Below, in pieces: positions 21,101 through 29,888 of a stretch of 64,000 nucleotides of DNA (positions are counted from its first letter, which is position 1; every line of letters starts with the position of its first letter). The position numbers and the translations under genes are program-made. This DNA is from an uncultured Oscillospiraceae bacterium (lineage in GTDB: Bacteria > Bacillota > Clostridia > Saccharofermentanales > UBA5734). The notes under the pieces were generated by a model. The model did no database searches. It saw only the letters and a program-made list of their open reading frames with translations, and was not told where the DNA came from. The DNA is taken from positions 16,507 through 80,506 of the forward strand of contig CAZDPQ010000001.1 in the NCBI GenBank assembly GCA_964507305.1, read 5' to 3'.

Positions 21101-22129
21101 TCACAGGCTGCCCAGTTCTTTCTTGACCTCCGCCGCCCTTGCCTTGTCCCGCTCGCCGGGATCCATGACCCTACCCTCCGCCTTCTGGATGCTGGCGGGA
21201 CCGATCACGGACATGACGCGGTTGAAATTGACCTCGTCCGGTCCCTTGATGATCCCGAGCGCCTTGCCGAGTCGGACATCCGAAATGAGGCGGATGGCCT
21301 CCTCGGATGTCAGGATCCTGGCATACTTGAGCAGTCCGAGGGCTCGGAAAACCTTGTCCTCGATGACGGCGGGATTCTTCTCGTAGATCTCCTGCCGAAC
21401 CGCCCGTTCCTGCCTCATGATCTGGGAAATCAGCTTTTTCAGATCGGTGATGAGCTCTTCTTCGTTGAGGCCGAGCGTGATCTGGTTGGAAACCTGGAAC
21501 ATGTTGCCGGCGGAGCTGCTGTGCTCGCCGTAATAACCCCGCACCGAGTAGCCCATCTTGCGGATCTTCTCGATGATCAGGGCGGCCTTGCCCATGATCG
21601 CCAGCGCCGGCAGATGCATGATGACCGACGCGCGCATCCCGGTCCCGGTGTTGGTGGGGCAGGCGGTCGTGAAGCCGTATTTCTCGTGGTAGCCGACCGG
21701 CAGGCTTTTCTCGAGGCAGATCGCGATATCCCGGGCGGCGCTGAATGCCGCTTCCAGGTTGTAGCCGGCCTCCATGGCCTGGATCCGGATGTGATCTTCT
21801 TCGTTGATCATGACCGAGACCGATTCGTCGTCGCGGATGAATGCGAAGCGTGCCAGACGCGGGTCGGTAAGCTCTTCGCTGATCAGATGCCGTTCGACGA
21901 GCGCGAGCTTGTCCTCGGCGCCCAGTTCGCTCATGTCAAGGATCCTGTAGCGGTTCCGCCGGTTGTCGGAAAGCCCTTTCAATGCTGTCAGGATCTGCTC
22001 CGCGGCTTTCGCGGAGTCCGCCTTGGCAAGCTTGTTCGGGAACGGGAAATTGGACAGATTTCTGGCAAGCCGGACGCGGCTGCTGAGGATCACGTCGCTT
22101 TCGGGTCCTTTATCGATATACCAAGTCAT
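21101..22129 (-). CDS. mcsB: protein arginine kinase
   Basis: Phosphagen-kinase signature CPTNTGTGMRASV and RVRLARNLSNFPFP. ATGA overlap with mcsA. Confidence 0.92.
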   Translation of the reverse strand: MTWYIDKGPESDVILSSRVRLARNLSNFPFPNKLAKADSAKAAEQILTALKGLSDNRRNRYRILDMSELGAEDKLALVERHLISEELTDPRLARFAFIRDDESVSVMINEEDHIRIQAMEAGYNLEAAFSAARDIAICLEKSLPVGYHEKYGFTTACPTNTGTGMRASVIMHLPALAIMGKAALIIEKIRKMGYSVRGYYGEHSSSAGNMFQVSNQITLGLNEEELITDLKKLISQIMRQERAVRQEIYEKNPAVIEDKVFRALGLLKYARILTSEEAIRLISDVRLGKALGIIKGPDEVNFNRVMSVIGPASIQKAEGRVMDPGERDKARAAEVKKELGSL

Positions 22130-22884
22130 CAGGAGTCTCCACCTTTCTCCTCATCCGTTCCGCCGTCTGCGCTGTCCGCACGGCCCGCACCGTCCACACC
22201 GTCCGCGCCGCCCTTGGCTTCCGCGCGGGGCTTCTCCGTCCGCTTTCTGGACCGGGCTTTGACGGGCGCTGCGCCGTCCGCAGCCGCCGGAGCCGGCCCG
22301 GCTTCCGCCCGGATCCGGTCCTTCTCGGCCTTCAGCCGCGTGATCTCGGCCTTGCACCGGGCTGCTTCCTCATAATTCTCGACCTCGACCGCCTTTTTGA
22401 TCAGGTCCTGGAAATGCTCGATCCTGTCCTGGATAGCGCGGATCTCGCTGCTCTCGGGGATCTCGGCAAGCTTGCGCCCCCGGTGGGTCTCCCCGGACTG
22501 GATCCGGCGGAAAACCTGGGAAAGCTGACCGTCAAACGCATCATAGCAATGGCTGCATCCGAGCTTGCCCTTTTCCCTGAACTCCGCGAGCGTGGTCCCG
22601 CAATTCGCGCAGACGCCGCTTCCGGCCTTGCCGGGGACGAAGACTCCCGTATTGACCTGGGAGGTGATGCCGAGCTGGTTGAGCGCGTTCAGGATATTGC
22701 CCGACAGGAGGGAACCCGGGAAGCTGAGGGATCCGGGACCAGACTGGATGGCGATCCCGATTGCTTTCGCGCAGTTCTCGCACAGATTGTATTCGCTCTC
22801 TTTTCCATTGATCACCTGACGGATCAGGATCGTCGCGTCATGGACGCCGCATCGGCTGCACTTCATGGTACCACCCGCTTTCAT
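22129..22884 (-). CDS. mcsA: McsA, activator of McsB (zinc-finger/UVR-domain protein)
   Basis: MKCSRCG...CENCA CxxC pairs and a UVR-like NYEEAARCKAEITRLK. The start is either 22884 (ATGA overlap with ctsR) or 22866 (MKCSRCG). Confidence 0.8.
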   Translation of the reverse strand: MKAGGTMKCSRCGVHDATILIRQVINGKESEYNLCENCAKAIGIAIQSGPGSLSFPGSLLSGNILNALNQLGITSQVNTGVFVPGKAGSGVCANCGTTLAEFREKGKLGCSHCYDAFDGQLSQVFRRIQSGETHRGRKLAEIPESSEIRAIQDRIEHFQDLIKKAVEVENYEEAARCKAEITRLKAEKDRIRAEAGPAPAAADGAAPVKARSRKRTEKPRAEAKGGADGVDGAGRADSADGGTDEEKGGDS

Positions 22885-23363
22885 GGCCCCGCCGGATCGG
22901 TCCTGTGGACCATCAGGCAGGAAAGCATATTCTTCATCATCGCGCTCCTTGCCCGGAGCCGTTCGGACGGATCAAGCCGCGCGAGGGACTTCTCCGAGTA
23001 AGAGCAGGCCAGCAGGCTGGCTTCCCGCCCGCTGATATACCCGATGCCCGCAAGCTCCCGCAGGAGGATGTTGCACCGGTGCTCGGAAAGCTCGTCGCCC
23101 AGCGCGCCCTGCAGCTGCCGCAGGTACTGCGACGGGGAATCGGCGCGCAGCCGCGTGATCCGGATCCCGCCGCCTCCGCCCCGCCGGCTCTCGACGAAAT
23201 ACCCCTGCTCGACCGTGAACCTCGTCGTGAGCACATAATTGATCTGCGAGGGCACGCAATGCAGCCTGCCCGCAAGCTCATTGCGGCCGATCAGGGCCAG
23301 CCCGTCATTCTCATCCAGCATCCGCCGGATCATCCGTTCAATGTCATCCGATAGCCCGGCCAT
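22881..23363 (-). CDS. ctsR: class III stress-gene repressor CtsR
   Basis: SQINYVLTTRFTVEQGYFVESRRGGGGGIRI. The ORF-track start at 23432 would translate through the operator. ATG 23363 (MAGLSDDIERMI) has GGAGATG 7-8 nt upstream and gives about 160 aa. Confidence 0.9.
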   Translation of the reverse strand: MAGLSDDIERMIRRMLDENDGLALIGRNELAGRLHCVPSQINYVLTTRFTVEQGYFVESRRGGGGGIRITRLRADSPSQYLRQLQGALGDELSEHRCNILLRELAGIGYISGREASLLACSYSEKSLARLDPSERLRARSAMMKNMLSCLMVHRTDPAGP

Positions 23364-23384
23364 CCCATCATCTCCAGACTGGTC

Positions 23385-23401
23385 TTTGACTGTCTTTGAC
23401 C
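23385..23401 (-). promoter_or_regulatory. CtsR operator (direct heptad repeat)
   Basis: The minus strand reads GGTCAAAGACAGTCAAA. This is an exact fit to the CtsR box consensus (A/G)GTCAAA-NAN-(A/G)GTCAAA. It lies 22 nt upstream of the ctsR ATG. Confidence 0.85.
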
Positions 23402-23444
23402 TATTTCCATTGTAATTCACGCTTCGGGGCACATGGTGTCAAAA

Positions 23445-25616
23445 CTATTTCAAATTTGTGAACGATATCGGGGATACGGGAGTGATCCGGAAAAGGCACG
23501 TTTCGAAACGCTTCATGAAGATCGTGAAGCGATCCCCTTCGAAAATCTCCGGGCTGCCGCTGTCCAGAAGGCGGACCGCCTTCATGCGGGACGGCAGGAT
23601 GATTTCTTTTTCTCCTTCGAAAGCGGAGTGGATGCAGAGAAAGCGGCGGTTCGCGTAAAGAACGTCCCCTTCCCGGCAGTACAGATGGACGCCGGCCTGT
23701 CCGAACACCATCCGGAGCGCCTGTGCGGTCATCCCCGGCAGCGCGCAGTACCAGGTCGTCGATCCGCCGACCTTTTTCCTGACGAATCCGGGGCGGCCGC
23801 TTCCTTCAAAATGCCCGAGGATTTCCGCTTCGGGATCCGCAATCTCCGCGCCGGGAGCAAAGGACCGGCGAGCCGCGAGGACCGCGCCGCCCCTCTCGGC
23901 ATCAAGGATCGGCGTTTCGTCGGTCCTGTCCGCCGGCCGGAGCCCGATCCCGGTCAAGGCCGACGAAAGATCCGTGCCGGCCGGCATGTCGTCCCGGACC
24001 GAGCCCGGCAGATAGGTGAAGCAAAGGTGGACGCCCGCTTCCCGGCACCGGCGCACCAGGGAATCCAGTTCCGCACTGTGGCGGCAGATCCCTGTGATGA
24101 GGACCAGGCGGCAGCGGCCGATGTCGATCCGGTCCGCTTCGCCCAGGTCGAAAATGTCGTAAGGCACGCCGCACGAGCCGAGCGTCAGCGGATAGGATGA
24201 CACCCATTCCTGCGCGATCCCGCAGGCGGTGTTGAAATATTTCTGCGAATCCGCATCGGTGATGACCGCGACCTGGCTGACGCTCCCGCGGCGGCGTTGC
24301 CGCAGACTTTCCTCCAGGAGCGGCGGATATTTCCCGAGCTCATCCATCAGGGTTTCCGACGCGTACCAGCCGCCCCACATGTCGAACCACCAGAGGCCGG
24401 TCCCCTGGATGAGGTTTCTGGTAAAGCATTTCCGGATCAGCCACAGGGAAACATCCTCCCGTTCCGGCCCCTCCCATACGCCGCCTTCATACCAGCCCGC
24501 CGGGGCGATCGACGGCCGGGCTTCTTTCAGCGGCCTCGTCAGATGGGTCCTGGTATCGCATTCGCTGAAAAACAGCTTGCCGGCGGCTTTGATGGAATCG
24601 AGGGGAAGCATGCAGGGCCAGTCGACGCCCGGAGACCGGTTGTACCAGTTGGGGCTGCACAGAAAATCGATATCGCGGCTCGCCAGGAGCTCTCCGAGTG
24701 CGAGATGGCCGTTCCGGGCGTCCGTCAGGGCCAGCGAATAGCCGTAAAAAGCGCCCGTCACCAGCCTGCGGTGTGTATGCTTTTTGATCAGCCGGCAAAA
24801 ATACAGGATGTCGTCCGCGATGATATGGTTGGTGTATTCGAGAAAATCCAGAAGCATTTTTCGGCTTATGTCGAAAAACGCCGGTCCGTCCGGAGCATAC
24901 ATCCCGTAATCCTCCGGGATCCGGATCGCGCCGAACGTGATCGCGCCGTCCCGGTATGCAGCCCGCAGGGCATCCTCCCTGCCGCCGTATTTCCGGAAAA
25001 CATACCGCGCGAAACCCTGCTGCGCGGCCATCCCCAGGCCGCCGTCCCGATTGCGGAAATGCACCCATTCTTCCGTTCCGCCTGCCGCGGGCTGGTATCC
25101 GATGATGCGGGCGGCATACGGCGACTGCTCCACGTGCCGGATCAGTGCAGCCAGCATGTCTCCCGCGTCCCTGCGCCATTGTTCCGAGGACATGGACACC
25201 CGGCATGTCCCTCCCCCCGCGCAGCCGTTCAGCTCCTCCGGAAACTCCCGTTCCCACCATTCCGGCATGTCGAGGCATACCCGCGGAAACAGGAAGGCCT
25301 GCGGATCGGCGGAGAGGATCCTTTCCACGTCGCGGTCGAATACCGCGAAATCCGGATCTCCTCTGCGATCGAATATGCCGCTGCGGAACGGTCCGATGCC
25401 GCTGTCCGCATTGATGCCTTTTCCGGCGAAATAGGACGGAAATGAATAGAGGGAATAGCCGGCCCGCGCGAAGTCGCCGTACCGTTCGCGGCCGTCAAGG
25501 TAGCAGAGGTAGGCCGCAGCCGGGACGGGGGATCCGTTGATGAAAAGCGCCGGGACCCCGCCGCGGTTTCTGACGCAGGATCGCACGCCGCTGACGGGTG
25601 AAAGCCTCTCATCCAT
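23445..25616 (-). CDS. large cytoplasmic protein of unknown function, possibly glycoside-hydrolase-like
   Basis: There is no signal peptide. Segments such as PRVCLDMPEWWEREFPEE resemble GH42/GHL-type TIM-barrel proteins, but I cannot assign a family. The preferred start is ATG 25616 (MDERL), after GGAGGG and 2 nt after the murR stop. The gene ends in TAG. Confidence 0.45.
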   Translation of the reverse strand: MDERLSPVSGVRSCVRNRGGVPALFINGSPVPAAAYLCYLDGRERYGDFARAGYSLYSFPSYFAGKGINADSGIGPFRSGIFDRRGDPDFAVFDRDVERILSADPQAFLFPRVCLDMPEWWEREFPEELNGCAGGGTCRVSMSSEQWRRDAGDMLAALIRHVEQSPYAARIIGYQPAAGGTEEWVHFRNRDGGLGMAAQQGFARYVFRKYGGREDALRAAYRDGAITFGAIRIPEDYGMYAPDGPAFFDISRKMLLDFLEYTNHIIADDILYFCRLIKKHTHRRLVTGAFYGYSLALTDARNGHLALGELLASRDIDFLCSPNWYNRSPGVDWPCMLPLDSIKAAGKLFFSECDTRTHLTRPLKEARPSIAPAGWYEGGVWEGPEREDVSLWLIRKCFTRNLIQGTGLWWFDMWGGWYASETLMDELGKYPPLLEESLRQRRRGSVSQVAVITDADSQKYFNTACGIAQEWVSSYPLTLGSCGVPYDIFDLGEADRIDIGRCRLVLITGICRHSAELDSLVRRCREAGVHLCFTYLPGSVRDDMPAGTDLSSALTGIGLRPADRTDETPILDAERGGAVLAARRSFAPGAEIADPEAEILGHFEGSGRPGFVRKKVGGSTTWYCALPGMTAQALRMVFGQAGVHLYCREGDVLYANRRFLCIHSAFEGEKEIILPSRMKAVRLLDSGSPEIFEGDRFTIFMKRFETCLFRITPVSPISFTNLK

Positions 25617-26517
25617 CCTGCCGCCCTCCGCTTTGCCGTACATCCGGATCCGTCCCCCGGTATTTTCTGTTCGAAACCTGCCGGCGCGTTTGGTCCAGCA
25701 GGACGCAAATGCGGTCATAATCCCGGCTGATGACCATGGCATAGAGAATGTCGATCATCAGGAGCGTAACGCCGCGTGAACTCATGGCGCCGCAGCGGAT
25801 GTCCGATTCGGGTGAGACCAGCTGTAGCCTGATGTCGGCAAGGTCTGCAAGACGGCTCTTTCCGAATCGCGTGATGGCGATCAGGGCCGCGCCGCTTTTT
25901 TTTGCCGCGGCAGCCGCGTCGATCGTTTCCCGGGTCTCGCCCGACCATGAAATGGCCACGGCCGCATTGCCGGGTCCGAGATTGGCTGCGGACAGGAGCT
26001 GGATATGCGGATCCTGACAATATACGGGGTGCTTGCCGATCCGCAGGAATTTCTGGTACGCGTCCATGGCCGCGACCGCGGAGGCTCCGACCCCGTAAAG
26101 GCCTATTTTTTCTGCTTTTCCGAGGACTTCCGCGGCTCGCTCCGCCTGGGCCCGGTCAAGGACAGCCAGGCTGTCGCGGATCGCCCGCACGGCGTTTCTG
26201 CCGATATGTTCCGCGATCGACGCGGTATCCTCTCCCGGCCGGATTTCCGGATAGCGATGAGGCTCCGTTCCGCTCTGCGACGCCGTATCGCCGGCGAGAC
26301 CGATGACGAGGTCGCGGTATCCGCCGCACCCGATCGTCCTGCACAGGCGCATGACGGCTGCCGTGCTGGCCCCGCTGCTTTCCGCGAGGCTGCGGATGGA
26401 TGATCGGACGGTTTCTTCCGGATGATCCAGGATGTATTCCGCCGCGATCCGCTCCGACGGGCTGAATGAACCCATCATTTCCCGGATTTTCAGCAGGATG
26501 CCCGCCATATGCCCCAT
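25609..26517 (-). CDS. murR: MurR/RpiR-family transcriptional regulator (HTH + SIS)
   Basis: N-terminal HTH_6-like region (LLKIREMMGSFSPSERIAAEYIL) and a SIS domain. Context is beside murQ. The start is 26517 or 26508. Confidence 0.8.
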   Translation of the reverse strand: MGHMAGILLKIREMMGSFSPSERIAAEYILDHPEETVRSSIRSLAESSGASTAAVMRLCRTIGCGGYRDLVIGLAGDTASQSGTEPHRYPEIRPGEDTASIAEHIGRNAVRAIRDSLAVLDRAQAERAAEVLGKAEKIGLYGVGASAVAAMDAYQKFLRIGKHPVYCQDPHIQLLSAANLGPGNAAVAISWSGETRETIDAAAAAKKSGAALIAITRFGKSRLADLADIRLQLVSPESDIRCGAMSSRGVTLLMIDILYAMVISRDYDRICVLLDQTRRQVSNRKYRGTDPDVRQSGGRQDG

Positions 26518-26542
26518 TCCTTTCTGATCCCTCCGGCGCGGA

Positions 26543-27481
26543 TCATAAGCCGTTCCCCGGCCTGCCGGCTTTCTCCAGTGCCAGGAGGACGGCGCCATAG
26601 GCCGGCTCCCGGAGCGGCTCCGCCATTCTCAGGCGGGGACAGTCGGCCTGCACGTGATCAAGGACCGTTTCCCGGACTCTGCCGCACCGTTCGATCACGC
26701 TTCCGCTGTAGGACCAACGGCATTCGCCGCTGCCGCCGAACGCCCTGCTGTAAACCGTCCGTAGCAGGGCGGCCAGCTCGCAGCCGGCTCTGACCAGCAG
26801 ATCCCGCGCAGTCGCGTCACCGTTTTCCTCCGCCTGCCGGCAGATCTCGGCCAGCCGCGCGATCTCGCTTTTCTCCCTCGCCGGATCGTAGACATAGTCG
26901 ATCAGCTGTTCGTGGGAACGGATGCCGAGGGTTTTGAAAACAAGAGCCTGCAGTTGCGACGTCGCGATCCCCCGGTCGAAATCCTTCATGATGCTTTGAA
27001 GGACCATCCGGCCGATGCCGTATCCTCCGCCGTCGTCTCCGATCAGATGCCCCCAGCCGCCGGCCCGGTACAGCGTGCCATCCTCCGCAGCCCCGAGGCA
27101 GATCGAGCCGGTCCCCGCAATCAGGACGATGCCCTTCCGACCACCCATGGCGCCGTACAGAGCGGCCAGCGCGTCCGTCTCTGTGGATTTGGATCCTGCA
27201 AGGCCTGTCGCTTCGAGGACCTGCAGGTAAAGGTGCCGGTTCCGTGCGGTCCCGCCGCCCGCCGCACCGATGCAGACGCCCGCGCAGCGCGCCTTGTCCA
27301 GTGCGTGCTGTCCGGTCAGCGTGTCGATGGCCGCACAGAGATGCTCGCGGAACAGATCCGCAGACACCGCGTTGATATTTCCAGCCGGAGCGGCGCCGTC
27401 CGCGAGGACCCTGCCGTCCAGATCCGCGATCTCAATGCGTGTCTTCGTCGCTCCCGCGTCGATGCCGACCACATATTCCAT
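26543..27481 (-). CDS. murK: BadF/BadG/BcrA/BcrD-type sugar kinase, MurNAc/GlcNAc kinase-like
   Basis: MEYVVGIDAGATKTRIE and GWGHLIGDDGGGYGIG ATPase motifs. GGAGGGA RBS before ATG 27481. Adjacency to murQ matches the arrangement described for Clostridium acetobutylicum MurK. Confidence 0.7.
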   Translation of the reverse strand: MEYVVGIDAGATKTRIEIADLDGRVLADGAAPAGNINAVSADLFREHLCAAIDTLTGQHALDKARCAGVCIGAAGGGTARNRHLYLQVLEATGLAGSKSTETDALAALYGAMGGRKGIVLIAGTGSICLGAAEDGTLYRAGGWGHLIGDDGGGYGIGRMVLQSIMKDFDRGIATSQLQALVFKTLGIRSHEQLIDYVYDPAREKSEIARLAEICRQAEENGDATARDLLVRAGCELAALLRTVYSRAFGGSGECRWSYSGSVIERCGRVRETVLDHVQADCPRLRMAEPLREPAYGAVLLALEKAGRPGNGL

Positions 27482-27517
27482 CCCTGATCCCTCCATCATT
27501 TCACCATCATCTCTCCG

Positions 27518-28429
27518 TCATTTCTCCATCATCTCTCTATTATCCGGATCCGCCGCGGCTCTCACATTTCCGCCAGCCTGTCTCAGGCGCTCCGCCGCTT
27601 CACCGGGACTGCATCCCGCCGCGATCGACACGATTGCGGCGCCGGCATCCCAGCCGCAGCGCACAAGCGCGCCTCGAGCCTGCTCTTCCGGCACCCCCGC
27701 AGCCCACGCTACGATCCCGGCCGCCCGCTTCCTCAGCTTGTCATTCGTCGCGCGCAATCCGGCCATCCGGTTGCCGTAGACTCTGCCGAACCGGATCATG
27801 GAAGCCGTCGAAAGCATATTCAGCACCATCTTCTGCGCGGTGCCGGCCTTCAGCCGTGTGGATCCGGCGATCACTTCCGGCCCGGTGACCGGCGCGATGA
27901 CCACATCCGCCAGGCCCGCCAACGGCGGATCTTCCGTATTGCACAGGCAGATGACCGCAGCATGCCTGTCCCTGGCGTATCCCATCGCCCCGGCGACATA
28001 CGGCGTGCTTCCGCTGGCAGCGATCCCGACGACGGCATCGCGTCCGCACACACCGAGCCGCGCGGCATCCTCCGCGCCTTGTCCGGTATCATCCTCCGCG
28101 CCTTCCGCCGCCTCCCGCAGCGCGATGTCCCCTCCCGCGATCACGCCTGTCACGGTTTCGGGACCGATCCCAAAGGTCGGAGGGCATTCGGAAGCATCCA
28201 GCACCCCGAGCCTGCCGCTGGTACCCGCGCCGAAATAGAGCAGCCTGCCGCCTCCGCGCAGCTTATCCGTGATGAGGTCCACCGCCCGGGCAATCGCAGG
28301 AAGCTCTTCTCCGACACGTTCCGCGACGCGCTTATCCTCCTCGTTCATGATCCTCAGGATCTCAAGGGTACTCCGCAGATCGATATCGGCGGTGCGGTCA
28401 TTGGCTTTCTCGGTTGCGCGCGGATCCAT
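27518..28429 (-). CDS. murQ: N-acetylmuramic acid 6-phosphate etherase
   Basis: TEKANDRTADIDLRSTLEILRIMNEEDKRVA and GAGTSGRLG SIS motifs typical of MurQ. Confidence 0.9.
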   Translation of the reverse strand: MDPRATEKANDRTADIDLRSTLEILRIMNEEDKRVAERVGEELPAIARAVDLITDKLRGGGRLLYFGAGTSGRLGVLDASECPPTFGIGPETVTGVIAGGDIALREAAEGAEDDTGQGAEDAARLGVCGRDAVVGIAASGSTPYVAGAMGYARDRHAAVICLCNTEDPPLAGLADVVIAPVTGPEVIAGSTRLKAGTAQKMVLNMLSTASMIRFGRVYGNRMAGLRATNDKLRKRAAGIVAWAAGVPEEQARGALVRCGWDAGAAIVSIAAGCSPGEAAERLRQAGGNVRAAADPDNREMMEK

Positions 28430-28488
28430 GGTTTCCTTTCATGCAGGTTCGCCCGACGGGCGGTATGCTGATACTTTTTTACATCTTG

Positions 28489-28517
28489 ATCGTAATATTT
28501 TTAACACGTTGTGTCAA
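28489..28517 (-). promoter_or_regulatory. putative sigmaA promoter of the murQ operon
   Basis: On the minus strand: TTGACA, a 17-nt spacer, then TACGAT, within a locally AT-rich patch. Confidence 0.5.
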
Positions 28518-28693
28518 GACGGAACCCGTCGGATGCAGAGAAAATAGCAGGACAGCCTTAAAACGCGCTATAATGAAGATGAAGACGGGCGGTCCGCCGG
28601 AGCGGCATCCGGAGGAGCCCTGATGATAAAAAAGCAGGTGCGGGCTCCCGCGATCCGTTTACGGGTCCCGGTTTCGGCGAAGCGATCAAGTCC

Positions 28694-28999
28694 GTGAATG
28701 CCGAATATCTCATCGCTGCCGTGCCTGTCCTCGCGTTGTCCCTGGTGCTCGCCTGGCTGTCATTCACGGCCCGGATGCGGGATGCGTGGCGCAAAAGCAT
28801 CCTGTGGACGGCTATTGTCTTTGTTCTCGATCTGGCGCTGAGCATCATCAACGCGGTCGACACAGGCGAATTCTCCTTGTCCGCATTCGATAGGATTTTC
28901 GTAAACACCCTGTGCACACCCGGCTACTACGCAGTCCTGGCCGCCCTATTCGCCGGCCCGCTGCTGTATGCCCGCATCAGGCATCTCAAACGGGAATGA
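28694..28999 (+). CDS. small hypothetical membrane protein
   Basis: GTG start and three hydrophobic helices. No recognisable family. The opposite-strand ORF 28558..28917 looks like a shadow ORF. Confidence 0.4.
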   Translation: MNAEYLIAAVPVLALSLVLAWLSFTARMRDAWRKSILWTAIVFVLDLALSIINAVDTGEFSLSAFDRIFVNTLCTPGYYAVLAALFAGPLLYARIRHLKRE

Positions 29000-29028
29000 G
29001 CGAGTGCATGACGGCTGCGGTATTATGG

Positions 29029-29063
29029 AAAAACCCGCCCGGCTGCAAGTCGGGCGGGTCTTC
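29029..29063 (-). terminator. rho-independent terminator (copy 1 of a perfect 35-bp direct repeat)
   Basis: On the minus strand: ACCCGCCCG, a 9-nt loop, CGGGCGGGT, then TTTTT. It sits just downstream of the PIN gene stop. It is identical to 29889..29923. Confidence 0.8.
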
Positions 29064-29089
29064 ATTTACCGGTTTCCCTGTTGTGTGAT

Positions 29090-29491
29090 TTACGGATGCT
29101 GCAAATCTGTATCTTCTAAATATTGTGCGACTGTGATGCATTTCGGACGTTCGATATGTAGACTTAAAAAATCCTTATCTCCGGTCAGAATCAGATCGAT
29201 ATCGGCAATCATTGCTGCATTCAGTATTGGCTGGTCTTTACCATCACGAATGATCTTTTCGGTATGTTCGGCGGCCGGAATAAGCTCATACGATAATTCA
29301 GCCAGTAAAATTTCTGCGGCCGGCAGGTATTTTACAGCTTTTCGCCGTATGATCTCACGAAATTCATCAATATTTTGATTACATAAGACTATCTCGTGAT
29401 TTTCCGCTACATGAAGCAATGCTTTGGCAGGATTTGATTCCGGAAATAATAACGCTGAGAATAACACATTCGTATCGATCAAAATCCTCAT
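29090..29491 (-). CDS. PIN-domain toxin (VapC-like)
   Basis: MRILIDTNVLFSALL... with conserved acidic positions (D at the N-terminus, ...LTGDKDF). It starts immediately after the antitoxin TAG. A hand count of one 60-nt line gives about 40% GC. Confidence 0.8.
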   Translation of the reverse strand: MRILIDTNVLFSALLFPESNPAKALLHVAENHEIVLCNQNIDEFREIIRRKAVKYLPAAEILLAELSYELIPAAEHTEKIIRDGKDQPILNAAMIADIDLILTGDKDFLSLHIERPKCITVAQYLEDTDLQHP

Positions 29492-29755
29492 CTATTTTTT
29501 TCCATGCCGTAAATCATTGACCAGATTCTGCACGTCGTCATCATCACGAATCCCCATTTCATCCGCAGCATCGGCAAACGCCTTCTGTGCTTTTTGCAGC
29601 GCTCGACCTGATGCATTGGTTAAAACAATTTCACCTTCCTGATTCTGGAAAAAAAGCAATTTGTCACCGGATTTCAACCCGAGAAGGCGGCGGATCTCAA
29701 TCGGAACTGTGATCTGACCATTTGATGATATCTTAGCTAAATTCATATCGACCAC
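29492..29755 (-). CDS. AbrB/MazE/SpoVT-family antitoxin
   Basis: SSNGQITVPIEIRRLLGLKSGDKLLF looped-hinge-helix motif. The ORF-track start is GTG 29755. ATG 29746 follows AAAGGGTGG. Confidence 0.8.
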   Translation of the reverse strand: MVDMNLAKISSNGQITVPIEIRRLLGLKSGDKLLFFQNQEGEIVLTNASGRALQKAQKAFADAADEMGIRDDDDVQNLVNDLRHGKK

Positions 29756-29795
29756 CCTTTCTAAAATTGAATTCCAAAGAATTCTTTATATCTAC

Positions 29796-29824
29796 ATTAT
29801 ATTCCAAATGAAACCCCTTGTAAA
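29796..29824 (-). promoter_or_regulatory. putative promoter of the toxin-antitoxin operon with repeated TTTGGAAT motif
   Basis: On the minus strand: TTTACA, a 17-nt spacer, then TATAAT. TTTGGAAT occurs twice, 30 bp apart (plus-strand ATTCCAAA at 29771-29778 and 29801-29808). One copy overlaps the -10 region. Confidence 0.5.
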
Positions 29825-29888
29825 TCCATGGGCTGAAAATGAGAAGAATCCAATCACGTTCCGAAACATTACCAGCGTATATATCAAC

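Noticed and set aside
23402-23442. Precise sigmaA promoter for ctsR
   Set aside because: A TTGACA hexamer (23437-23442) and a TACAAT (about 23409-23414) are both present but are 22 nt apart. With a 17-nt spacing the -10 would be a poor TGAATT. I therefore report only the CtsR operator and leave the promoter unassigned.
28623-28697. 24-aa upstream ORF (MIKKQVRAPAIRLRVPVSAKRSSP) overlapping the GTG start of the small membrane-protein gene
   Set aside because: It has no RBS and basic, low-information content, and the downstream gene is itself uncertain. There is insufficient support.
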